Assembly: GCA_045614245.1 (NCBI GenBank)
Contig: JAZLCM010000016.1
Span: 1 to 27,746 of the forward strand
From: Candidatus Enterousia sp.
Lineage (GTDB): Bacteria; Pseudomonadota; Alphaproteobacteria; Rs-D84
DNA: 27,746 bases
Reading direction: 5' to 3'
Shown here: one piece after another, positions 16,864 through 24,819 of the stretch
Numbering within the stretch: position 1 is the first letter of the stretch
How the letters are laid out: each line of letters begins with the position of its first letter
Notes under the pieces: generated by a model
What the model was told of the DNA's origin: nothing
What the model saw: only the letters and a program-made list of their open reading frames with translations
The model's database searches: none
Translations under genes and position numbers: made by a program

Positions 16864-19800
16864 CTAATCTACATTGACCGGAATATATTGTGGTTGCACA
16901 CTGTTACTCCATTGTGCCATGCATGTTGTTGTTCCGGTTATTGTTATACTGTCATTCGGTTCATAGTTGTTGTTGGCACAGAGCCAACCGCTAAGTGTGT
17001 ATCCGTCGCGTGTGCACCAAGTAGAATCCAAGTTAAACGGCGTATTGGTTGACTTATCAAGGGGACTTGTAATACCGTTAAGTTCCCCAGCACCACAATT
17101 AACCGTTAATTTTACCGTTTGTGCGTCGCCGCTACCCGCGGACTGATATTGTGCCGTGCAGGTCAAAAATTCCCCGGGTTCCACAGAAAATGTAGTGGTA
17201 TTTGAATTTGATGTACCACCATAATTTTGACCCAAACTGGACACGCAAGACCATTGATACGGCAGATAACCCGTTGGCGCGGTGCAGTAGTGGTCCATTG
17301 GTTGTAGGTTAGATACGGTACGGTCATTGGTATTTACGACAAAGTGACGTGTAACACCAGCTATTGACGTACCTTCGCCGCATTCAAGTTGCAATTCACC
17401 CGGCAAGATGCATTGTGCGTAACAAGCCACCGAAGTATTGGGAATAAGATCAACCGAACCAGTGCCGTAATCACCCAAGGAATTTAAATTAACCACACCA
17501 TTTGGTGAACATGTCCATTCTTGGGCACCCCCATTGGCAAAAAAGACAGGAACAGTGACTGTGGAATCACCACACGAATAGGTTTCGGGTTTGGTTTGGT
17601 TGCATTGTTCTGTTTGACCATTAGCTATTGCAAATGTTACAGAACATTCATCTTCGTCGGAACTACAAACCGGAGTAAGGGTTTGGACAACATCTGGGTT
17701 TAATAGCAAATTATCAGTCGGCCCAATACCCGATGGAGATTTTTTGTTTGATGCTGTATTTGACCATCCTGTAATAGTTCCACTTGTGCAAGAACACAAA
17801 TTACCCGACAATGTCATTGAGGCCGCCGGGGTTTGAATGGTGTATATGTTTCCAGCGGCGCCAAGTGTTCCCGTACCGTTGGAAGCGTGAGCCAACGCGG
17901 CAAGCGCGCCTTGGTTCAAGGTTGCGGGATTGTCCGCGTCGTCCGAGTCGCATTTAAACTGAACGATTGACTGACTAAGAGCCGGTGTCTGGCAATCGCT
18001 CTCACTTGTAACACATTCGTGGGTATAATCACACCAATATGGGGTAGCGTCGGGACATGCCTCGTCCATGTAGAGCGGGAAACAGGTTTTGTTGGCGACT
18101 ATATCAGAAAGCGTATATGGCGCGGGTTGCCAACTACCTGTGTTAATATAATTGTTACCCCAGGTCATATTACCACCATTCACACAATACCACTTTTCGG
18201 TGTCAATGGTATTATTGTCTTTTCTGCATAAAGTTGTGGATAACGTATAGTTGCCGCCATTCGTCACGTTGGTTTGATATACACCGTTAGATAATTGCGT
18301 CCATGTTCCGCTTGCCTGATCGGAAGAATTAAACGCTCCATCGCGACAATTCACCGTAAGTGTGTGATTGTTTTCGGGTTCGTCTTCGGGCGGATTACAA
18401 GTTACATTACAATTAACATCGGCGTTAGGCATATAGAATGTACTTTGTGACATCGCTTGATTATTAACATAACATGCTATGTTTTTTACACTATACCCCG
18501 AAGGGATTTTACTATTGGCTATGGTACCTATGTTCACATTGGTATTGTATGCATATGAAAGTGTTTGAGGTGCCGAAACACCACAATCACTATAATTTAT
18601 AAACAAGTTGTGTGTACCATTATCGCCACCAACATTTCCGCCACCGGAACATGTCACATAGCAATCAACATCAGCCGCCGGCATGCTGAATTTGTAACTC
18701 TGCATACTTATTTCTGTGGTGCCTTGATAACATTGTATGTTATCTATTGAATAACCCTGGGGCAAATCCCCAGTGGCTATACTATACACATTTACAGTTT
18801 CATCCTGTGACGGGGTAGGGTTAAGAACGTGGTTACCTCGACCACAGCTTTGTTGGTTGTATTTCAATGTAAATGCGTACCCGTCGTCGTCGGTTCCACC
18901 ATCACCGGAACATTTACCACCTTCACAGTCATAATTTGCAAAACATGTTATCGATGAGTTAACAGTAACTTGTTCTCCCGCAGTATATGTTTCACTGCCG
19001 CATACATACTCAACAGCCTCATTACTATCAGAATCTTTACATAAACCGCCCGCTAAGGTAAAAATGAAACTATTATCACCACTTCCTATGGGCGATTTCC
19101 TGAAACTTCCGGAGTGTCCAGTACCAGAAACCCAAATATATTCCGTATGGGACGTGCTATAATTACCATTAAACGTATTTCCTGATCCACAATCTATAGT
19201 TACTGTCGGATAAGGGTTAGAACCATCATTGTCATAACAAACTGCTGTACAGGTTGTTGATTGTGTCAGTCCATAAGCGCTAATGTTATCCAATCTCCCT
19301 ATTCCTGTTTCTCCACCCAATTCATTTAATCCATCTTCTAATGGGTCGCTATTAACACAAGACCATGTCTGCAAATCAACACCTGTAGCAAATCTAAGGT
19401 TCGTTGATGTTGTCGAATTACAGGCAACAATAATCGGATTAGCCGTTCCACATCCAACACCAGGTTGGAATATCACTTTGCAATCATTGCCTGCGCCTTC
19501 CGAGCTATAACAAATCGCAGTACAAGTTGTAGATTGAGTTATTCCATAAGTACTAAGTGGTTCTAACATTCCAAGCCCAGCCCCATTACCCAATGAATTC
19601 AAAACTGTTTCTAAATTATCATTATTTGGACAGGACCACACTTGTACACTATCATTGTCGTCAGAAACGAACCCATGTATAGCCGTTCTTGATGTTTTAT
19701 CACATGGAATTATAAGCTGACTAGCGGAACCACATCCGTTACCTGGTGCAAGTGTCACTTGACAAGTATCCCCGCTACCAGGACAAGCACCGACAACACA

Positions 19801-22410
19801 AACACCATCGCACCATGTACCTCCATGCTCTTCACACTCATATTGCCCGCCACCTGTGCAGTAAGTGGTATATTCCGACAGGGACGAATAACAGCTTGAC
19901 CTTGATGCGCACCAATATCCGCCGTTTGAACCGCAATCTGACTTGCTGTCACAATACCTCAATGTAGTTGGGGTGCATTGAATTGTGGAACTTTTGATAG
20001 CCAAACAATCCGGTGTTGTATAGTTATACAGCAACCCTTGGACCCAGCAATTCATTTCCGTTGGTGTTGGTGTGTCGATTGAATATCCGTTCACCGACAT
20101 ACAGGTTACAACCTGGGCGCGACATGCGTTAACCGCAATATTTGCCTTGGTCGTGTTGGTCGTTGTTTCCAAACCTGCCTCCCATTCGTTTGGATCTTCT
20201 TCGGGATACCCATTTTGCGACAAACACGATGTAACATCCGCCACGCATGTTTCGGCGTATTCAGACAAAATCGCATCCTGTTTCGCCTTTATCTGGACCA
20301 AAACGCGCCCCAGGTATTGTTTGATAACATCGTTTTCTTCGTTATATGTCGCGGAAGTTCCCTTGCCGGTGTATGTATAGTCTTGGCATTTATTCAACAC
20401 CGATATGCACATACCATAGTTGCGACCTTCCTTGGCATCAACATAACCGATTTTGTTTTGCAAGTATTGTGACATATTTTCACTGGCGTTTTTCGCGGTA
20501 CCTTTTTTAACCGTTTTTTCGATATAGTTCACAAGGTTATCGCCATAGCCAGTGCCACTGCCCCATGCGTTGTTCTGGGCATAGGTGCTTGGATATTGTT
20601 CATACGTTGGACCATCGTCGTTACCAGTGTGTTCCGTACACGTTTCACCTGGGAAATCCCATGTGCGGTAAAGATTCACACGGCAAACATCACTGGTCAT
20701 AACACTGGCGACACGTTCACGCAATTCTGGGTCGATGGCATGACCGGGTTGACTGCCCACCACGATTTCGCCGTTCACGATATAGCGGCCCGTCGGGTCA
20801 AGGCAATTTTCATATTCCGAACCACAAACAAAATCATCCTGCATACATTCATCCAAGGCATTGATACAACCACGCATGTCGTATGTATTTTTCTGTTGCG
20901 CGACCATCAAACGCGCCTTTTGCAAAACGTTCTTTGCGTTACGGACCGTCGCCAGCATTTCGTCGTTCGAATCGTTCAAACTGCGTTCGTACATGATACA
21001 TTCGCGGTCAATTTCCAAATCGTACGCGTTGGTAATAAGCGATGCATCAACACCACGCGCCGTACAAGCCTTTATCACAGATGTTTTGCAACGCGCCGCC
21101 GCGGTTTTATATAACTGTTCCCCGCGTTGGTTGTTGACACTGTTCGTGTTTGATGTGCCGAACAAAGAACCCAAATCGAAACCGGTACTGTCGAAAGAAA
21201 ATTCTAAAAGACCGGACAAATCGAAACCAAAGTCAGATCCCGCATTGCTTGTTGCGCCACCGGATTTAACATCGATTATCATGTCCTTTATCTTGTCAAG
21301 ACTTGTTTGCAATTGACTTGTATCCTTGCCCGCCGATTGCATCGCCGCCTCGGCCGCGGTTTGCGTAAACAAACTTTCTACTTCACGCTTGGTAAGTCCA
21401 ATGTATTGAATCTTTTGCGCGACATCTTGCAATTCTTCGGTTGCGGATTTTAACGCTGCCTCGGCCTTGGCATAGTTTTTCAGATTTGCACTGCAACTGC
21501 ACCGACCCTGGTTATCATCCAAGACATTACAATAGTTATCCATGCACGATGCATATTGCGCCTTGCAATAATCGGTCATTTCCGCAAGGTCGTCCATATC
21601 CTCCATCGACATTGCGACCGATGTTTCAGTCAAAGTCGACATACGCGTTGTCGGTGTCCGAATAGATGCAGATTTATAAAGTTTGGTGCCCGTGCTGTCT
21701 ATACCAGTGACAACCTGTGCAGTTCCAACACTGTTTTTGTTCGCCGCACCAACATATTGCGCCCGCACCGATGGACGCGACGCATCAGTTGTTGCCGCAC
21801 GTGACACATTTGTTGTGGCCCGCGCACCAGTCGCACGACCCGCCGTTGTTGCCGTACGTGCAACCCCAGACTTAACCGATGCGGTTGTTGTTGCCGCAGT
21901 ACGCGACGCACCACCCGTTGCACGCGCCGCCGCCGCACGCGTCGCCGCGGTATTCGTTGTTGACCTTGTTGATGTAGTCGCGGTTGTTGTTGTACGCGGT
22001 GAAACATTTGTTGCCGCACGTGAATTTACCGCACGATTTGCCGCCGCACGCGAAGCGTTTGTGCCCGTCGTACCACGCGACGCGACCACGCGCGAAGAAT
22101 TTCCCGCCGCCGTTCCACGACCCGATGCACCGGCCAAAGATGACGCAGGCATTGCACGTGTCGATGTTGAACGATTTGCCACAGGCGTGCCACTTACCGG
22201 TTGACGCGAAATCTTAACCGGTGTTTTCGGTGCAACCGTTTCGGTTGTTTCCTCGACAACTTCTTCGTCCGGAATTATCAAAAATCCATTTTCATCGTAC
22301 ATCGCGTCGGTGTATTCCAGCGCGTTTTCATCGTCGATGAAGATTGGTGCAACCTCAGCAAATGCGGGCATTACCAGCAATCCACCAATAAATATAGCAA
22401 GTCGTTTCAT
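16864..22410 (-). CDS. Giant (1848 aa) secreted Cys-rich modular protein, unknown function
   Basis: AAGGAAGG Shine-Dalgarno; signal peptide ending AFA; Arg/Ala/Thr low-complexity region; helical Cx6C core; about 10 C-terminal repeat modules, the last (RDGYTLSGW...TTTCMAQW) resembling an InlB B-repeat. Confidence 0.9.
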   Translation of the reverse strand: MKRLAIFIGGLLVMPAFAEVAPIFIDDENALEYTDAMYDENGFLIIPDEEVVEETTETVAPKTPVKISRQPVSGTPVANRSTSTRAMPASSLAGASGRGTAAGNSSRVVASRGTTGTNASRAAANRAVNSRAATNVSPRTTTTATTSTRSTTNTAATRAAAARATGGASRTAATTTASVKSGVARTATTAGRATGARATTNVSRAATTDASRPSVRAQYVGAANKNSVGTAQVVTGIDSTGTKLYKSASIRTPTTRMSTLTETSVAMSMEDMDDLAEMTDYCKAQYASCMDNYCNVLDDNQGRCSCSANLKNYAKAEAALKSATEELQDVAQKIQYIGLTKREVESLFTQTAAEAAMQSAGKDTSQLQTSLDKIKDMIIDVKSGGATSNAGSDFGFDLSGLLEFSFDSTGFDLGSLFGTSNTNSVNNQRGEQLYKTAAARCKTSVIKACTARGVDASLITNAYDLEIDRECIMYERSLNDSNDEMLATVRNAKNVLQKARLMVAQQKNTYDMRGCINALDECMQDDFVCGSEYENCLDPTGRYIVNGEIVVGSQPGHAIDPELRERVASVMTSDVCRVNLYRTWDFPGETCTEHTGNDDGPTYEQYPSTYAQNNAWGSGTGYGDNLVNYIEKTVKKGTAKNASENMSQYLQNKIGYVDAKEGRNYGMCISVLNKCQDYTYTGKGTSATYNEENDVIKQYLGRVLVQIKAKQDAILSEYAETCVADVTSCLSQNGYPEEDPNEWEAGLETTTNTTKANIAVNACRAQVVTCMSVNGYSIDTPTPTEMNCWVQGLLYNYTTPDCLAIKSSTIQCTPTTLRYCDSKSDCGSNGGYWCASRSSCYSSLSEYTTYCTGGGQYECEEHGGTWCDGVCVVGACPGSGDTCQVTLAPGNGCGSASQLIIPCDKTSRTAIHGFVSDDNDSVQVWSCPNNDNLETVLNSLGNGAGLGMLEPLSTYGITQSTTCTAICYSSEGAGNDCKVIFQPGVGCGTANPIIVACNSTTSTNLRFATGVDLQTWSCVNSDPLEDGLNELGGETGIGRLDNISAYGLTQSTTCTAVCYDNDGSNPYPTVTIDCGSGNTFNGNYSTSHTEYIWVSGTGHSGSFRKSPIGSGDNSFIFTLAGGLCKDSDSNEAVEYVCGSETYTAGEQVTVNSSITCFANYDCEGGKCSGDGGTDDDGYAFTLKYNQQSCGRGNHVLNPTPSQDETVNVYSIATGDLPQGYSIDNIQCYQGTTEISMQSYKFSMPAADVDCYVTCSGGGNVGGDNGTHNLFINYSDCGVSAPQTLSYAYNTNVNIGTIANSKIPSGYSVKNIACYVNNQAMSQSTFYMPNADVNCNVTCNPPEDEPENNHTLTVNCRDGAFNSSDQASGTWTQLSNGVYQTNVTNGGNYTLSTTLCRKDNNTIDTEKWYCVNGGNMTWGNNYINTGSWQPAPYTLSDIVANKTCFPLYMDEACPDATPYWCDYTHECVTSESDCQTPALSQSIVQFKCDSDDADNPATLNQGALAALAHASNGTGTLGAAGNIYTIQTPAASMTLSGNLCSCTSGTITGWSNTASNKKSPSGIGPTDNLLLNPDVVQTLTPVCSSDEDECSVTFAIANGQTEQCNQTKPETYSCGDSTVTVPVFFANGGAQEWTCSPNGVVNLNSLGDYGTGSVDLIPNTSVACYAQCILPGELQLECGEGTSIAGVTRHFVVNTNDRTVSNLQPMDHYCTAPTGYLPYQWSCVSSLGQNYGGTSNSNTTTFSVEPGEFLTCTAQYQSAGSGDAQTVKLTVNCGAGELNGITSPLDKSTNTPFNLDSTWCTRDGYTLSGWLCANNNYEPNDSITITGTTTCMAQWSNSVQPQYIPVNVD

Positions 22411-22436
22411 GGTAAATTTTTCCTTCCTTTACGAAA

Positions 22437-22466
22437 AGTTTACCATTTTATTGAAAATTAACGCAA
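22437..22466 (-). promoter_or_regulatory. Putative sigma70 promoter of the giant-protein operon
   Basis: TTGCGT, 18 nt spacer, TAAACT with TGn extension. Confidence 0.55.
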
Positions 22467-22531
22467 GCGAAAAATGAATACTTTTTCTAAAAAAATTTAT
22501 TTTTGTGAATTGTATCCTTTGGCGTTTTGAC

Positions 22532-22560
22532 TTGCGAATAAAAAGGTGACTTGATATAAT
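22532..22560 (+). promoter_or_regulatory. Putative sigma70 promoter of the phospholipase D gene (leaderless)
   Basis: TTGCGA, 17 nt spacer, TATAAT with TGn extension; ATG begins 7 nt after the -10 hexamer. Confidence 0.65.
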
Positions 22561-22566
22561 CGCAAT

Positions 22567-24147
22567 ATGACCAAGAAAAAGTTTTTTTTGTCACGAATAA
22601 TGTTTCCTTTTTTGGGTTGCGCAATCCCGACCAGTATGAAAGACGAAAGACTTTCGAACTATGTTCCAAAAATAACCGATAAAGATTTTGAATACAATCC
22701 AATCGATACACCAATTGCAAAGGTTTATAAAAAAGAACTTACCGATGGCACAAACATAAGTGGCGCAACACTTATCGACGACGGACTTTCTGCGTTCATT
22801 ATTCGCGCCGCGTTCGCACGCATGGCAACCAAGACTATTGATTTACAGACATATATATACAGTAACGATTTTTCCGCACATGTTTTAATAAGTGAACTTA
22901 AAAATGCCGCCGACCGCGGGGTCAAGGTAAGAATTCTTATCGACGATTACGGAACAAATTCCGACATCGCGGATGTTATCGTTTTGAACCAGCATCCAAA
23001 TATCGAAGTCAAAATTTTTAATGCGGTGAAACATCGGTCGCGACTTTTGTATTATCCGCAAATACTTATGGATTTTAATCGGCTTAATTCGCGCATGCAT
23101 AATAAACTTTTTATTATTGATAATGTCGCACTGATTACCGGTGGTCGAAATATAGGCAGTAATTATTTCATGCCGGAAACCGCCGCGAACTTTTCCGACA
23201 CTGATGTTTTATTCATTGGCGAAATAACACGCGGCGCAACCAAAAGTTTCGATGATTATTGGAACTTTGAATTGTCTGTGCCGGCGTCGGTTATTCCAAA
23301 GGCTTGTTCCGCGCGCGCGATGCAAAAACTTAGTCGACATTTTAGACGCCAAGAACAAATCGGAACAAAGAATATAAAACGATACGACAAAATTATTTCA
23401 CTTGTTGTGCGCGAATATAAACACAAAAATTTTGATTTTTCGTGGGGTCGCGGACGATTCTTGGCGGATGCACCAAGCAAAGTGCAAATGCCAATGAACA
23501 AAAAAGAAACCTATCGCGGGCAAATTATGCGTATGCTTAATAAACTTTGGCGCGACACGAAAACATGCGCCTATGTTTCCGCCGCATATTTTGTTCCGGG
23601 ACGTGGTGGCATGCAAATGATGCAACGTGAAGAAAAATCCGGTGTTCATGTTACCATTGTAACAAATTCTTTGGCATCAACAAATGCACCGACCGTTTTT
23701 GCAAAATGGGAAAAGTATCGAAAAAAACTTATTCGCGATGGAATTGATGTTTACGAATTTATGTCTTCGGCGGAAAATCGGCGCGGTCGAAAACACGACC
23801 GTATGCGAAAGCAATCAAGTTTTTCCGTAATGCACAGTAAAACCATCGTATTCGATGATAAAATTTCATGGATAGGCAGTTTTAATCTTGACCCGCGCAG
23901 CACATATTATAACACCGAAAATGTCGCGATATTTGAAAGCGCAGAGTTTGCAACAAAACTGCGTAATATGATTATCGAAGACACTGAAACTTCGTGGCAT
24001 GTAACAATCGACGAAAACAAAACGACTTGGATGGGGTTACGTGGTGGTGATAATGTCGCGCGAGTGTATAATCACGACCCCGACACAACAATTTTTAGAC
24101 GCATTTTTAAAACTATTGCAAAAATTATTCCGGAAAAATATGTCTAA
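22567..24147 (+). CDS. Phospholipase D family protein, cardiolipin synthase ClsC/YmdC-like
   Basis: Two HKD motifs (MHNKLFIIDNVALITGGRNIG; MHSKTIVFDDKISWIGSFNLDPRS), IDLQTYIY, AADRGVKVRILIDD, VTIVTNSLASTN. Confidence 0.9.
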   Translation: MTKKKFFLSRIMFPFLGCAIPTSMKDERLSNYVPKITDKDFEYNPIDTPIAKVYKKELTDGTNISGATLIDDGLSAFIIRAAFARMATKTIDLQTYIYSNDFSAHVLISELKNAADRGVKVRILIDDYGTNSDIADVIVLNQHPNIEVKIFNAVKHRSRLLYYPQILMDFNRLNSRMHNKLFIIDNVALITGGRNIGSNYFMPETAANFSDTDVLFIGEITRGATKSFDDYWNFELSVPASVIPKACSARAMQKLSRHFRRQEQIGTKNIKRYDKIISLVVREYKHKNFDFSWGRGRFLADAPSKVQMPMNKKETYRGQIMRMLNKLWRDTKTCAYVSAAYFVPGRGGMQMMQREEKSGVHVTIVTNSLASTNAPTVFAKWEKYRKKLIRDGIDVYEFMSSAENRRGRKHDRMRKQSSFSVMHSKTIVFDDKISWIGSFNLDPRSTYYNTENVAIFESAEFATKLRNMIIEDTETSWHVTIDENKTTWMGLRGGDNVARVYNHDPDTTIFRRIFKTIAKIIPEKYV

Positions 24148-24200
24148 TAACAATCGATTGAAATTTTTTTAAAAATTTTTTCATTTTTTTTATTTTTTCA

Positions 24201-24231
24201 CTTGACCCACGATTCGTTTTTATTCTATCAT
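24201..24231 (+). promoter_or_regulatory. Putative sigma70 promoter of the 112 aa orphan gene
   Basis: CTTGACC -35, 18 nt spacer, TATCAT; implies a leader of about 170 nt. Confidence 0.55.
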
Positions 24232-24310
24232 CCCTGTATAGACATTGGGACCAGAGGAAAAACGTTCGGATTTTCGAAAAAAACGCGGATTTTCGGGCAC
24301 AACAACAAAC

Positions 24311-24357
24311 AACTTGTAAATTCATATCGAAAACTTGTAAATACATCGTGTAAATAC
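24311..24357 (+). repeat. Direct repeats in the 5' leader (possible regulator binding sites)
   Basis: AACTTGTAAAT at 24311 and 24332 (21 bp apart); third TGTAAAT at 24349. Confidence 0.55.
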
Positions 24358-24407
24358 AAATTCGGGCTGAGTTTCAAAACAAACACCCAGAAAGGAGGGA
24401 CACACAC

Positions 24408-24746
24408 ATGCAACAAAAGAATATCAAAGAAATCATGATTGCCCTGCACAAAGTATTAAGCACAACTGTGTGGGTAAACGCCGATAGACAGATTATATCG
24501 CTTAGTGATGAACTGCAGATCGGTCAAAACAATTCACCGCGTTCAATCGAAGATTTGCCACGTACATCCTTGGTCGGTGCATATGTGTCTTTGCAAATTC
24601 GAACCGATAATTTTGATGTCGCCGCCGAAACGCTTGAAACACGTGAATTGGCGTTGCGCGTCAAAGAAATGGTCTTTGCCGAAGCAAAACGCATCATGGA
24701 TGCAGACGAAGGCAAATCGGGTGAAACTATCGCGATGGCGGCATAA
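24408..24746 (+). CDS. Hypothetical protein, 112 aa
   Basis: Strong Shine-Dalgarno AGAAAGGAGG, own promoter and terminator; no family recognised. Confidence 0.8.
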   Translation: MQQKNIKEIMIALHKVLSTTVWVNADRQIISLSDELQIGQNNSPRSIEDLPRTSLVGAYVSLQIRTDNFDVAAETLETRELALRVKEMVFAEAKRIMDADEGKSGETIAMAA

Positions 24747-24753
24747 CACCCGC

Positions 24754-24776
24754 AAAAAAGTTTCCGGTTTCCGGAA
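24754..24776 (-). terminator. Probable intrinsic terminator for the 302 aa gene
   Basis: Minus strand: TTCCGG-AAA-CCGGAA followed by AC and TTTTTT. Confidence 0.5.
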
Positions 24777-24786
24777 GGAAGGAGAG

Positions 24787-24819
24787 CACGTCGGCGGGTA
24801 ACCGCCGATGTGTATTTTT
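24787..24819 (+). terminator. Intrinsic terminator for the 112 aa gene
   Basis: CACGTCGGCGG-GTAA-CCGCCGATGTG (11 bp, one G-U pair, GNRA loop) then TATTTTT. Confidence 0.8.

Noticed and set aside
21683-22204. 173 aa plus-strand ORF
   Set aside because: Antisense shadow of the Arg/Ala/Thr low-complexity tract.
22567-22625. Lipoprotein signal in the phospholipase D (FLGC)
   Set aside because: The hydrophobic stretch is short and interrupted by Ser-Arg; too weak to call without a predictor.
24151-24200. CAATCGATTG palindrome and A/T-run symmetry after the PLD gene
   Set aside because: Short and in very AT-rich DNA; no GC stem, so neither a terminator nor an operator can be supported.
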